A stretch of 39,035 nucleotides of DNA. It comes from an uncultured cyanobacterium. Its GTDB lineage: Bacteria; Cyanobacteriota; Cyanobacteriia; Cyanobacteriales; Microcystaceae. The notes below the pieces were generated by a model. The model ran no database searches and was not told where the DNA came from. It was given only the letters and a program-made list of their open reading frames with translations. Made by a program: the position numbers and the translations under genes. Positions 20,326 to 30,737 of this stretch are shown here, piece after piece; the stretch's first letter is position 1; each line of letters starts with the position of its first letter. The stretch covers positions 1 through 39,035 of the forward strand of contig CAWEDJ010000061.1 in assembly GCA_963807635.1 (NCBI GenBank), read 5' to 3'.

Positions 20326-20856
20326 TCACATTTTAAAAGAAGATGCCACAGAAATATGGAAACGACCAGCATTTTCTGTTAGTTTAAAATCTGTAACAAA
20401 TCGTTTTTCCTCTGCAAAAAACTTTAATTTTCGCTTAATGAATTTGTTCATAAGCTTTTTAATAAGCTTTTCAGCCTCGATTTCTTCTGGATCTGAGGGA
20501 TTGTCTGAGAACAATTCCTTGAGTTCTTCTTGGCGTTCCTCTTCAGAAACTAGAGCCAAATTCCAAGACATCACGGCAATTTGTAGCAAATTAGAACGCT
20601 CTTCATAGGTATCTGTATTTTCTAGAAAAGGCTCGATATATTCAAGCAAAACTCCAGACATTTTTTTGAGATTTTTAGGATTCTCAACAAATACGGTATT
20701 TTTATTTTTAAGCTCAGGATCGTTTTCTATCTCTTGCTTAAAGCTCTTAAACGCCGCTAATTCTTTTTTTCGTTGAGATGGAGTCACGGATGTATTCCGT
20801 TGTTGGACACTATCTGGGTAAAAAAGTTGGCGGAATTCTTTTGATTTTCTAGCCAT
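20326..20856 (-). CDS. Hypothetical soluble protein
   Basis: 176-aa ORF with ATG start, 16 bp downstream of pntA; no recognised motif. Confidence 0.7.
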   Translation of the reverse strand: MARKSKEFRQLFYPDSVQQRNTSVTPSQRKKELAAFKSFKQEIENDPELKNKNTVFVENPKNLKKMSGVLLEYIEPFLENTDTYEERSNLLQIAVMSWNLALVSEEERQEELKELFSDNPSDPEEIEAEKLIKKLMNKFIKRKLKFFAEEKRFVTDFKLTENAGRFHISVASSFKM

Positions 20857-20872
20857 AGTAATTTTCTGATGA

Positions 20873-22480
20873 TTAACGTTTAAACATTTTTAGCATTCTT
20901 TGGGTCACTAAAAAACCCCCTGAAATATTAATTGTACCGACAAAAATCGCGATCGCGCCCAAAATAGTTGTCGGTGAATTTAAAGGGCCAGAAATCTGCA
21001 ACATTCCCCCAATAATAATGATGCCGCTAATCGCATTAGTAACGCTCATCAACGGTGTGTGCAGTGCGGGAGAAACATTCCAAATCACCTGCCAGCCTAC
21101 AATACAAGCCAAAACAAATACGGTTAAATGGGTTAAAAAAGAGGCAGGCGCACCAATACCGATGCCAATCAGAGCCAAAGTAATTAACGCAATCCAAACA
21201 AAACTTTGATTTTGCTTTTTGACTTCGGTTTTTTCAGAATTTTCTAAGGCGATCGCGGAATTTTTGGTGGGTTCTATTTTAACAGGAGAAGGATTAACTA
21301 CTTTCGGAGGCGGCCAGGTAATTTTGCCCTCTTTTAACACTAAAGCTCCCCGAACCACCTCATCCGCTTCATTCACCTGATATTTCTCCGCTCCCCCCAT
21401 ATCTTTCAGCAAATGCCAGAGATTTGTACCATAAAGTTGACTAGATTGATTCGCCATCCGACTCGGTAAATCCGTATAACCAATAATCGTCACCCCTTTA
21501 TAGCGATAAACTTCCCCTGGCTTCGTCACGTCACAATTTCCGCCCTGTTCCGACGCTAAATCCACCACCACCGAACCATTTTTCATACTAGAAACCATTG
21601 CTTCCGTAATCAGTTTGGGGGCTGGACGACCAGGAATTAAGGCCGTGGTGATAATAATATCGACTTCCTTAGCTTGCTCGGCAAACAGAGCCATTTCTGC
21701 ATCAATAAATTCCTTACTCATCGTTTTGGCATAGCCGCCTTCTCCCGTTCCATCTTCAGCAAAATGCAACTCCAGAAATTCACCGCCCAGACTTTCGATT
21801 TGTTCCTTGACCACAGGACGAGTATCAAAGGCTCGCACGATCGCGCCCAATCCCTTAGCCGTACCAATGGCCGCCAAACCTGCCACCCCTGCCCCGATGA
21901 CGAGAACTTTTGCAGGAGGAACCTTGCCCGCCGCCGTAATTTGTCCCGTAAAGAAACGACCAAAATTATTGGCCGCTTCAATCACCGCTCGATAACCTGC
22001 AATATTGGCCATGGAACTCAGAGCATCTAGCTTTTGCGCCCGACTAATGCGAGGAATGGCATCCATCGCCAAAACAGTGGCTTGACGCTCGGTGAGTTTT
22101 TCTAACAATTCGGCATTTTGAGCAGGCCAAATAAAACTAATCAGGGTTTTGTTGAGAGGAAATTGGACGACTTCTTCAGGGGAAGGGGGACGGACTTTGA
22201 GAATAATATCAGCTTCATTTAAAAGGGTATTGAGATCAGCAACAATGCGACAATCTGCGTCTTGATAAGCTTCATCGGTAAAGTTTGCTAAAGAACCCGC
22301 TCCCGTCTCAAGAATGACTTCAAAACCTAATTTTTGGAGTTTTTTTGCCGTATCAGGGGTCGCTGCAACCCGACATTCGTTGGCGTAGGTTTCTTTGGGG
22401 ATACCAATGATTTTGGCTTGATTTTGCGCTGAAACAGGCATTTCGGTCGTCTCGATGGGGTTGGGAACGGCGATCGTCAT
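20873..22480 (-). CDS. pntA: NAD(P) transhydrogenase subunit alpha
   Basis: [44 protein letters not shown]-terminal TMs with [14 protein letters not shown]. Confidence 0.97.
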   Translation of the reverse strand: MTIAVPNPIETTEMPVSAQNQAKIIGIPKETYANECRVAATPDTAKKLQKLGFEVILETGAGSLANFTDEAYQDADCRIVADLNTLLNEADIILKVRPPSPEEVVQFPLNKTLISFIWPAQNAELLEKLTERQATVLAMDAIPRISRAQKLDALSSMANIAGYRAVIEAANNFGRFFTGQITAAGKVPPAKVLVIGAGVAGLAAIGTAKGLGAIVRAFDTRPVVKEQIESLGGEFLELHFAEDGTGEGGYAKTMSKEFIDAEMALFAEQAKEVDIIITTALIPGRPAPKLITEAMVSSMKNGSVVVDLASEQGGNCDVTKPGEVYRYKGVTIIGYTDLPSRMANQSSQLYGTNLWHLLKDMGGAEKYQVNEADEVVRGALVLKEGKITWPPPKVVNPSPVKIEPTKNSAIALENSEKTEVKKQNQSFVWIALITLALIGIGIGAPASFLTHLTVFVLACIVGWQVIWNVSPALHTPLMSVTNAISGIIIIGGMLQISGPLNSPTTILGAIAIFVGTINISGGFLVTQRMLKMFKR

Positions 22481-22694
22481 AGATTTTCCTAATAACTAAT
22501 TTTCAGGCATGAGGTAACTTTAATTTTGTCTGATGGTGCTGATTTATAAAGAAGTTTGGGATAAATAAAGATTTTACTGCATATCTTTTGCATCCTACGA
22601 TGATCTCTGGGTTGCTTGGAGATTTTTTCAATAATTTTTAACAAACGCCTGATTTTGTTAGCCATTTAGAAAAGGCAAGAAATACCCAAGCGGT

Positions 22695-22787
22695 GACGAT
22701 TTAAAGTTATTAATTAAGGCCAGTGGCGTTCATATTCGTCAGTTGATGCGGATGACAGCGATCGCCATTGATGGACAGATAAAGTAG
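22695..22787 (+). pseudogene. Possible short remnant of a P-loop ATPase gene
   Basis: Reads DDLKLLIKASGVHIRQLMRMTAIA, resembling the SGGHVRQLM segment of cyanobacterial ATPases; the resemblance ends at HIP1 (22758-22765). Confidence 0.35.
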
Positions 22788-22847
22788 GGTTTCAAGATCT
22801 GAACACCTTCATTGATGTCGTAATATGGGGAAGGCGATCGCTTAATC

Positions 22848-23252
22848 TCAAAGATAGGAATCTTTAAAAGCCTCTTTTATAGCTTTATTAAGCTCTCTAT
22901 CAGGAGGCTGTTTTTCGTATTCTTTGTGTGTGTAAATCCAGACAAGATGAATGATCTTTGTCTCATTATCAACAAGATATATCAGGCGACCAAGCCGCGC
23001 CGATCCCGACAAACTAGGAAGTCTTGCCCATTTTTGTTTTCTAAGTTGGCACTTATCAATTGGTTCACTACAAGGGAAACCTAGAGTCCCCCCAACTTCT
23101 GGATTTTGGACAACTTCCTTCTTGAATTCATCTACAAGATCAAGGAAAGCCCGATATCCTTTTTTATCTCGCTTATAGTGAGTTTTGAGTAACTGTTCAA
23201 GACTTGAATTAAATTTGTTTGACAGAAACAGCTTGTATTGAACTGAGTCCAA
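22848..23252 (-). CDS. RelE/HigB-like type II toxin (putative)
   Basis: N-terminal strand + F...L..L helix, LRKQKW, GRLIYLVD..TKIIHLVWIYTHKE: RelE-superfamily pattern. The TTG start directly abuts the upstream stop. Confidence 0.7.
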   Translation of the reverse strand: MDSVQYKLFLSNKFNSSLEQLLKTHYKRDKKGYRAFLDLVDEFKKEVVQNPEVGGTLGFPCSEPIDKCQLRKQKWARLPSLSGSARLGRLIYLVDNETKIIHLVWIYTHKEYEKQPPDRELNKAIKEAFKDSYL

Positions 23253-23696
23253 TTAGTCCCCCATTTCTTGGCATTCAACATAAGCAGAGGTAGCAGCTTG
23301 AAGAACATATTCTTGAAATTGAGGATTATCATTTTCAACCTTATCCAGTATTTCATCAACTAATACGTCTAATGCTTCTACACATTCAACAATCTGTTTT
23401 TGTCGGCCTTGAATGATGATTAGTAGAGAGTACCAAATTGCCTCAAATTTGGACAACAAAGTGGGCTTAGATGTCTCAGCATCCAGCACAGAATAGGCAA
23501 AATTAATTAACTTTTCTTTGTGATCAGAGGGTAGAGTATCCCACTGAGTATTAACAAGGTTTGTTAGTTTTTTTATCAAAGCAAGAATGTCGCTTGTCGG
23601 CGAATGCGCTTTCTTTGGTTGCTTTATATCGTTTAACTTTTGATCATTAAACCAGCCATTAGGCGAGCCATTAAACGGAATGGAAGCAGCCGTCAT
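23253..23696 (-). CDS. Hypothetical protein, putative antitoxin partner
   Basis: 147 aa, helical, acidic C-terminus; GGAG RBS; stop abuts the toxin start (TAA-TTG). Confidence 0.65.
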   Translation of the reverse strand: MTAASIPFNGSPNGWFNDQKLNDIKQPKKAHSPTSDILALIKKLTNLVNTQWDTLPSDHKEKLINFAYSVLDAETSKPTLLSKFEAIWYSLLIIIQGRQKQIVECVEALDVLVDEILDKVENDNPQFQEYVLQAATSAYVECQEMGD

Positions 23697-23733
23697 AGCA
23701 AATGCTCCAAGAATAAATTGACACTACCACCCT

Positions 23734-23762
23734 ATCATAGCTGATCTCTGAGCAGAGACAGC
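23734..23762 (-). promoter_or_regulatory. Putative -10 box (TATGAT) with adjacent operator-like palindrome for the TA pair
   Basis: GCTGATCTCTG-AG-CAGAGACAGC (23740-23762) lies directly upstream of minus-strand TATGAT (23734-23739). Confidence 0.45.
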
Positions 23763-23833
23763 CCTCAATAAGAATATTTAATGAATGTGTTTCCTCTCCC
23801 TACTTTAATAAATTTTAGTGATCTCATAGCTCA

Positions 23834-24128
23834 GATGTAGAAGGCAAAGCTGCTACTCTGCACAACTTACCCCATGATTTACGCGAATTAGGGAGAAAAT
23901 GACCAGGCGATCGCCCTTTATCAACAGTCCTTAGAAATCCAAGAAAAAATAGGAAATGTGCAAGGTAAAGCCGCTACTCTAGCCATGATGGGCCAATTAT
24001 TAGCTGATGAAAAAGGGGATTATCAAAAGGGTTTAGCCTACCTAGAACAATCCCTCGCCATTTTGCAACCATTACGTTCTCCTGATGCCGTTACTGTTCA
24101 AGGGATAATTGAATGGATTCGAGGGTAG
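23834..24128 (+). pseudogene. C-terminal remnant of a tetratricopeptide-repeat protein
   Basis: DVEGKAATLHNL..MIYAN*GENDQAIALYQQSLEIQEKIGNVQGKAATLAMMGQLLADEKGDYQKGLAYLEQSLAILQPLRSPDAVTV; no start, one frameshift and an in-frame stop. Confidence 0.8.
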
Positions 24129-24404
24129 GGGGGAATATGTAAAGACGATCGCTTGATATGTGGGTTTTATCTGTGAAAATTTGTTTCTAACAGCTTTTTC
24201 CTCGATTTTTCTTGAAAAAAGATCAAGTCTAATGGCAACCGCTCAATTGAGATCCTGGTTACAATATCAATCGTGAATCTGGTAGGTTATTATCAGTGAA
24301 ATAATAGCATCAAGTCTTGGACAAAAATCCTGGTCAATATTAGACAGTATAATTAAAAACTAAAAAATATTTCATTAAAAAATTAGTAATCAAGACGTAT
24401 CACT

Positions 24405-26210
24405 ATGGAATTTCCCCTAAAACTCCAACCTTCATACAACCAAATTCTGACCCCGACCAATATCGCAATCTTTAGTTCCGTAGGACTCCATGCGGTTATT
24501 TTGGGATTCATGTTGCCCAATCTTGCCGAGTGGTCTAAGTCTAGCCAAAAGGGAGATCAACAGAATGTCGGCGTAATAGAACTCAATGAAGCAGAGCAAA
24601 GTCGTCTTCCCAATACGTCTCCTTTCTCTAAAGAAAATCCTTTTTTTCCCAGTACTTCAGCCCTTCCTAATTCCTCCCCTAATGACCCACTTTTGGCGAA
24701 CCCTGGATTAAGTCTTCCCCCTCTTCCTCCTTCCCTACCACCCAGCACCAATTATAATTCCTTTTCTAATCAGACTCCCCTACCATCTATTCCTGAATTA
24801 CCTCCCTATCCCCCCAATTTGCCCCCCCTTTCTTCCTACAATAATCTCAATAATATTCCCATTACTCAGTCTCCTCCTTCCTTATCCCGCTTACCTACTT
24901 CTTCAGACATTCCAAGCCGACCTATTTTACCTCCTTTACCGAATACCCAGTCCTATTTTGATTCTGTTCGAGGCAGTCAAGGAAAGACCCCAAACCGTCC
25001 TAAATTTGGAGAACTTCCACCACCACGCGGGACAGACTTTATCACTGCCGCGCCTCAAAACCCCGCAGTGAATAACCAACCTAATCTACCTGGTACGGTT
25101 CCCCAACCCCAACTCCAAGCAGATGGTCAGGAGACGACCTCTGAACAGGCTATGCGCAATGATTTGCAATGGCGCGCAAAACTCCAACAAAATGGAACGG
25201 GAAATACTGATATTGGAACGCTGAATTTGCCCGTAGCCTATCCTCCTGCTGCTTGCCCTACTAGAGCCGAAGGAAGAGTGGTTTACAATGTTGCACCGTC
25301 AGGAGAAATTACTCAGATCCAAGCTTCCCGTTATTCTTTATTTAATGAATTAGCTCGACAATCTTTTCAATCCCAACGTTTTACTCAGCCGACCAGAGTA
25401 ATTGTTGATTTTAATTATGATCCCAAGGTCTGTGCTTCGACGGTGACGGCTCCCAATTTGCCTGGATTACCGAGCGGAAATCCTGCTATTCCCCCTGCTG
25501 GTAATGCGCCAGAATCAGTTTCTCCCGTCAATGATCCCACTCGCAATATTCCCCAGTTACCTCCTTTGGTTCCAGGTTCTAATACTCCTAACCCTAATTC
25601 GGCTCCTGCTAATCCTCAACGAAATACCATCCAAAAGACGAGTCCTACTTCTCCAACTCGCATTCTTCGGCCGAGTTCTCCTGCTATTCCGACGAAGCCT
25701 GCGATCGCGCCTAGTCCTGGCTCTGTTCCCTCTGAAGCACCGACAACAACGACTAATCCTAACACGCCTAAAAATCCAACCCAAGATAGTGCGTCTCCCC
25801 AGGGAAACCCTACCCCTTCAACAGGAATCGCGCCAGCAAACAAGCTTGAAGTTAAACCAGAGAGCAAGCCAGATGTTAAGCCAGAAAATACACGAGAGAG
25901 CAAGCCAGAGGTAAAAACTGACCTAAAACCTGAAGTCAATCCTAAATCTGATCGTAATTCTCCTGAAAAGACCAATAGCGTGGTTCCTGTTCAAGCAAAT
26001 CCCGTTGCTCCGAAACCAGCAGTTTCTTCCCCACCTGTTTCTAACCAAAATCCCCTCGAAAGGATACGATCGCGTTTCTTTCCTCCCCAGCCGCGATCGA
26101 TCCCCAAAGCAGATCCGACTCCGAATCAGAGCAATGCGCCGACAATAGGCCCCTCTAGTCCAAAGGTTGACAATGTCCCCGTTGGGCCGTCTGTCGGAAA
26201 AAAAGAATAA
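24405..26210 (+). CDS. Proline-rich, N-terminally anchored TonB-like protein
   Basis: TM helix with SVGLH (SxxLH) motif, Pro-rich linker, central YPPAAC..AEGRVVYNV domain, long Pro/Ser-rich tail with KPE repeats. Confidence 0.6.
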   Translation: MEFPLKLQPSYNQILTPTNIAIFSSVGLHAVILGFMLPNLAEWSKSSQKGDQQNVGVIELNEAEQSRLPNTSPFSKENPFFPSTSALPNSSPNDPLLANPGLSLPPLPPSLPPSTNYNSFSNQTPLPSIPELPPYPPNLPPLSSYNNLNNIPITQSPPSLSRLPTSSDIPSRPILPPLPNTQSYFDSVRGSQGKTPNRPKFGELPPPRGTDFITAAPQNPAVNNQPNLPGTVPQPQLQADGQETTSEQAMRNDLQWRAKLQQNGTGNTDIGTLNLPVAYPPAACPTRAEGRVVYNVAPSGEITQIQASRYSLFNELARQSFQSQRFTQPTRVIVDFNYDPKVCASTVTAPNLPGLPSGNPAIPPAGNAPESVSPVNDPTRNIPQLPPLVPGSNTPNPNSAPANPQRNTIQKTSPTSPTRILRPSSPAIPTKPAIAPSPGSVPSEAPTTTTNPNTPKNPTQDSASPQGNPTPSTGIAPANKLEVKPESKPDVKPENTRESKPEVKTDLKPEVNPKSDRNSPEKTNSVVPVQANPVAPKPAVSSPPVSNQNPLERIRSRFFPPQPRSIPKADPTPNQSNAPTIGPSSPKVDNVPVGPSVGKKE

Positions 26211-26249
26211 TTCACCTGAACTTGTTTGACAAGAATTTGAGCGGAATTC

Positions 26250-27287
26250 ATGAGAAAACTTTATTTTTTGCTGCCTGGAACGACCCAGGAATTTGCCTGT
26301 GGTGGTTTATGGGCAGAATTAAAAACCCTAAAACTCGCTCAGCAAGTCTGTCATGCGGAGGTAGTGACCTATCGCCAACGGGAGAAAGAGCATTTATGGC
26401 TGGAGGATTTATTAAAGGGCCATAATGCCGTAGATGCGTTGAAGGATGTCATTTTTGTCCTGTGTTGGGGTTTTGATGTGGCAAAATTGGCTCCTCGGTT
26501 AAAAGCTTTTAATGCCGTTTATCATGCCCATAGTGCGGGCTATGGCTTTGATTTACCCGCCCATATTCCGATTATTACCGTCAGTCGCAATACCTTGGGC
26601 TATTGGGGACAGCGATCGCCCCATTCGTTGCTTTATTATTTACCTAATGAGATTTCTGACACATTTTATAACCACAAAGGCGATCGCGATATTGACGTAT
26701 TAGTGCAAGCCAGAAAATCCTCTCGTTATTTAATGAAACAGTTAATTCCCGCTTTACAAAAACGTTGTCGAGTTGAAGTGGTAGATTACTATGTGGAGGA
26801 TTTAGCCATTTTATTTAATCGGGCTAAGGTTTATCTCTATGATTCAGCCGAATATTGGGCGGTGCAGGGAGTCAGCGAAGGTTTTGGACTGCAACCGATG
26901 GAAGCTTTAGCCTGTGGTTGTCAAGTTTTTTCTAGTGTTAATCATGGTTTATCCGATTATTTAGATCCTGGCTTTAATTGTTATAAAATTGCAGGTTATT
27001 CCACAGGATTTGATCTACAAAGGATTCTTAAGGCGATTAAAGTAGAGGATTCCCATGTTCAAACATTATCTTTATCTCCTCAAGTTTTAGCAGAATACCG
27101 TTCAGAAAATATTATTCGACGCTGGCAAATCATTCTGGATGAGTTAAACGAGTTTTTTGATTATAAATCCTTCCATTCCAATGATATTCAAGACTTAAAT
27201 TCCTGGCAAATTACTCAATTGCGGGCGCAGAGAGTCGTGACAAAGCTACAAAAATATTGGCCTTTTCGCGATCGTCGAAGGGGTTGA
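26250..27287 (+). CDS. Glycosyltransferase (GT4/group 1-like)
   Basis: EGFGLQPMEALACGC (EX7E) motif. Confidence 0.85.
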   Translation: MRKLYFLLPGTTQEFACGGLWAELKTLKLAQQVCHAEVVTYRQREKEHLWLEDLLKGHNAVDALKDVIFVLCWGFDVAKLAPRLKAFNAVYHAHSAGYGFDLPAHIPIITVSRNTLGYWGQRSPHSLLYYLPNEISDTFYNHKGDRDIDVLVQARKSSRYLMKQLIPALQKRCRVEVVDYYVEDLAILFNRAKVYLYDSAEYWAVQGVSEGFGLQPMEALACGCQVFSSVNHGLSDYLDPGFNCYKIAGYSTGFDLQRILKAIKVEDSHVQTLSLSPQVLAEYRSENIIRRWQIILDELNEFFDYKSFHSNDIQDLNSWQITQLRAQRVVTKLQKYWPFRDRRRG

Positions 27288-27376
27288 AAGTGAGACGCGA
27301 TAGGAATTGCACTTTAATTCCTTACAATGAAGATAGCTAACCTTGCGCCCCTATCGGCTGAGAGAGGACAAAATCA

Positions 27377-27892
27377 ATGATTGAAATGAGAGTAGCTGGG
27401 ATTGCCTTGGATGCTGTAACCCGTAGTCCGATTGTATTGCTCAAGGATGGTTCACAAAGACGCGCATTACCTATTTATATTGGGCAAGATCAGGCCAGAG
27501 CGATTATCGCCGCCCTAGAAGAGAAAAAACCGCCCCGTCCTCTGACCCATGATTTGATGATCAATTTTTTTACTGTCTTGGGCGTGGATTTAGAGCGCAT
27601 TATTATTCATTCTTTGCAGGATAATACCTTTTATGCCGTTCTTTGCATTGTTCAGGGAGAAGTCAAAAAAGAAATTGATTGTCGTCCTAGTGATGCGATC
27701 GCGATCGCCGTTAGACTAGGAACTCCCATTTGGGTGATGGAAGAAGTGATTGCAGAAGCCTCTATTCCTGTTGATCGGGATGCGGATGAAGAAGAACGTC
27801 AAGCTTTTCGAGATTTTGTCGCGAATCTGCGGCCTGGGGATCTCATCCAACAGGCAGGTTTAACAACAGAAGAAAGCCAGGAAGAAAATTAA
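27377..27892 (+). CDS. Bifunctional nuclease family protein (DUF151)
   Basis: PIVLLKD..RALPIYIG..A.AI..RPLTHDL..DCRPSDAIAIA. Confidence 0.92.
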   Translation: MIEMRVAGIALDAVTRSPIVLLKDGSQRRALPIYIGQDQARAIIAALEEKKPPRPLTHDLMINFFTVLGVDLERIIIHSLQDNTFYAVLCIVQGEVKKEIDCRPSDAIAIAVRLGTPIWVMEEVIAEASIPVDRDADEEERQAFRDFVANLRPGDLIQQAGLTTEESQEEN

Positions 27893-27916
27893 TTCATTTT
27901 ATGGATCGATGGCTCC

Positions 27917-29041
27917 ATGTTTTATCGCCGTTTTGGGAAAACTAATCTTCTTCTGTCTGCTTTTTCCTTGGGAACCATGCGTTGTTTGGCTTCAGAAGCG
28001 GTTATGGAAGAAACTGTCCATCAGGCGATCGCCTTGGGAATTAATCATATTGAAACGGCGAGGGGCTATGGTAAAAGTGAGCTTTATTTAGGGAATATTT
28101 TACAAAAATTAGACCGAAAAAATTTTTATATCACCAGTAAAATTTGCCCAACGGAAAATGCAGAACAAATGCGATCGCAAATTGATGAATCTTTAGCACG
28201 ATTGCAGATTAATTATTTAGATTGTTTAGCGATTCATGGCGTTAATACAGAAGAACATCTTAAATTAATTACCGATCCTAATGGTTGTTTAAAGGCAATT
28301 AAAGACGCTATAAATAAGGGAAAAATTCGTCATTTAGGGTTTTCGACTCACGGTTCCCTAGAACTGATTCTTAAGACGATTCAAACTGATTTATTTGAAT
28401 TTGTTAATCTTCATTATTACTACTTTTTTCAGCGTCACGAAGCCGCGATCGCGTTAGCTCAGGAAAAAGATCTAGGGGTTTTCATTATTTCTCCTACGGA
28501 TAAGGGGGGAATGCTCCATACACCGCCCGCAACCCTGACTCAACTGTGTCAACCCTTTACGCCTATGGAGCTAAATTATCGATTTCTCCTCAGCGATCGC
28601 CGTATTACAACCTTAAGTATTGGCCCTGCCAATGCCGAGCAATTAATTAATCCCCTACAAATTGCGGATCAAGATTTTCCCCTGACCCCAGACGAAAAAT
28701 TGATTTTTGAGCGTCTAGAAAAGCAGGAAACGGAAACATTAGGCACGGATCGCTGTCGTCAGTGTTATCAATGTTTGCCCTGTCCAGAATCAATTAATAT
28801 TCCCGAAGTTCTCCGCTTGCGTAATCTGGCGATCGCCTACAATATGACGGAGTTTGGACAATATCGCTATCAAATGTTTGAAAATGCGGGTCATTGGTTC
28901 CCTGGAAAAAAAGGAAATCGCTGTACCGAATGCGGTGATTGTTTGCCCCGTTGCCCCGAACAATTGGAGATTCCTAAACTTCTCAAAGATAGTCATCAAC
29001 GTCTCAATGGTTCCCCCCGCCGTCGGTTATGGGAAACGTAA
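27917..29041 (+). CDS. Aldo/keto reductase with C-terminal Fe-S dicluster
   Basis: YRRFGKT..LGTMR, IETARGYGKSE, GFSTHG; CRQCYQCLPCP and CTECGDCLPRCP. Confidence 0.92.
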   Translation: MFYRRFGKTNLLLSAFSLGTMRCLASEAVMEETVHQAIALGINHIETARGYGKSELYLGNILQKLDRKNFYITSKICPTENAEQMRSQIDESLARLQINYLDCLAIHGVNTEEHLKLITDPNGCLKAIKDAINKGKIRHLGFSTHGSLELILKTIQTDLFEFVNLHYYYFFQRHEAAIALAQEKDLGVFIISPTDKGGMLHTPPATLTQLCQPFTPMELNYRFLLSDRRITTLSIGPANAEQLINPLQIADQDFPLTPDEKLIFERLEKQETETLGTDRCRQCYQCLPCPESINIPEVLRLRNLAIAYNMTEFGQYRYQMFENAGHWFPGKKGNRCTECGDCLPRCPEQLEIPKLLKDSHQRLNGSPRRRLWET

Positions 29042-29042
29042 C

Positions 29043-29597
29043 ATGAAACTTCATTTATCTCATTATTGGAAAATTAGTATTAGTCTAGGACTGATTTTTT
29101 GCCCTTTGCCTTTAGTTTTAGCCCAATTACCGATTGAAAATTCGACTTGTGCATCTTCTCCCGAAGTACAATCTATTTCCGAAAATGTTATTAATCCTCA
29201 ATCTAAAATTATTTCCAAAGAAGTTATCAAAAATAAAGACTCGATTCCGCCGAGTCTCTGGTGGGCTAAGGAGCAATTTGATCTGTTTGATGGCCGTTTA
29301 GTCACTAATTGGATTGCGGATACGGAACAAAAAGAAATTGATATTATTGTTAACCGTCAACTGTGGTCGCTTTTAAATTATTTGGAACGCTACCGTTTTG
29401 TGAATAAATTTGGAACAGTCGCACGGGAAAATCAATATAATTTAAGAATTTTTAATCAACAGCAAAAATGTTTAGTCACCTATTTATGTGATTTCCAGAT
29501 CACGCCTTCTCAATGTAAGATGACCTTTGAATCGACGGAAGTGACGGGTTTTCAGATTTATCAACCGAAACCAGGTGAATTTGATTTTGGTCAATAA
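29043..29597 (+). CDS. Conserved cyanobacterial hypothetical exported protein
   Basis: ATG 1 bp after the AKR stop; signal-peptide-like N-terminus; PSLWWAKEQF..VNRQLWSLLNYLERYRFV. Confidence 0.7.
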   Translation: MKLHLSHYWKISISLGLIFCPLPLVLAQLPIENSTCASSPEVQSISENVINPQSKIISKEVIKNKDSIPPSLWWAKEQFDLFDGRLVTNWIADTEQKEIDIIVNRQLWSLLNYLERYRFVNKFGTVARENQYNLRIFNQQQKCLVTYLCDFQITPSQCKMTFESTEVTGFQIYQPKPGEFDFGQ

Positions 29598-29599
29598 TT

Positions 29600-30737
29600 T
29601 TAGGACATAGCGATCGCCTTTTTGGGAAAATTAATCCCAAGCCGCCCATATTTGTAATAAGCTGCACAAGCTCCTTCCGACGAAACCATACAGGCCCCAG
29701 GGGATTTTCAGGGGTGCAAGCAGTTCCAAAAACCTTACATTGCCAAGGTTTCAAGACTCCCTTGAGAATTTCACCACATTGACAGGCTTTATGATCCGCA
29801 ACGGGTTGATAGGAGACAGGAAATTGGACTTCTGCATCAAAATCAGCGTATTCAGGACGCATTTTCAAGCCTGATTGGGGAATATCGCCCAAACCCCGCC
29901 ATTCAAATTGCTCTCGAACCTCAAAGACTTGATTCATCGCATTTAAGGCGATCGCATTTCCTGAATTTTGGACTAGCCGAGTATATTGATTTTCGATTTC
30001 ACAGCGTCCTTCTGCTAATTGTTGCAACACCATCCAGAGAGATTGTAAAACATCCAACGGCTCAAAGCCCGCGACTACTAACGGTTTATGGTACTTTTTC
30101 GCGATAATTTCATAGGGTTCTGTGCCGATAACCATGCTCACATGGCCTGGCCCGATAAAGCCATCTAATCGTAGATCGGGATTATCCAACAGAGCTTTCA
30201 TTGCGGGAACGACTCGCACATGATTACAGAACAAACTAAAATTTTTGATCCCTTCTTTTTCCGCCTGTAAAACCGTCAGAGCCGTGCTAGGAGCCGTTGT
30301 TTCAAAACCAATTCCGAAGAAAACAATCGCTTTATCAGGGTTGGCTTGGGCAAGCTTTAAGGAATCCAAGGGGGAATAGACCAAACGAATATCCGATCCC
30401 AACGCCTTAGCCTGTAAAAGATTGTGTTTTGAGCCTGGAACCCGCATGGCATCCCCAAAAGTCGTCAAAATAACCTTAGGATTCTGGGCGATCGCGATCG
30501 CTTCGTCTAATTTTCCCCTGGGCATAATGCAAACAGGACAACCTGCCCATGCACTAATTCGATCTCTTCTGGCAAAAGAGATTCCAAACCCGATTTAAAA
30601 ATCGCATGGGTATGACCGCCACAAATTTCCATGATTTTGATCGGACGATGGGGAGCGAGTTGACGGGTTACTTTTTGAATTTGTTTTAATAAAGCCTGAG
30701 CTTTGGCGGGATCACGAAATTCATGCAGGTATTTCAT
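29600..30737 (-). CDS. hypD: Hydrogenase maturation protein HypD; frameshifts at ~30546 and ~29695
   Basis: MEICGGHTH, GPGCPVC (restored), GFETTAP, PGHVS, CQCGEILKG, GACMVSSEGAC (restored). Confidence 0.93.

Noticed and set aside
20873..22480. pntA without pntB, ubiX without ubiD, and hypCD without other hyp genes as novel arrangements
   Set aside because: Scattered pathway genes are normal in unicellular cyanobacteria.
24283..24312. Possible Fur box upstream of the TonB-like gene
   Set aside because: Only half-site matches (TTATTATCA) in AT-rich DNA; not distinguishable from background.
28854..29042. N-terminal extensions of ORFs 28854-29597, 19186-19671 and 8955-9635
   Set aside because: They overlap neighbouring genes or regulatory DNA; internal ATGs (29043, 19306, 9554) fit better.
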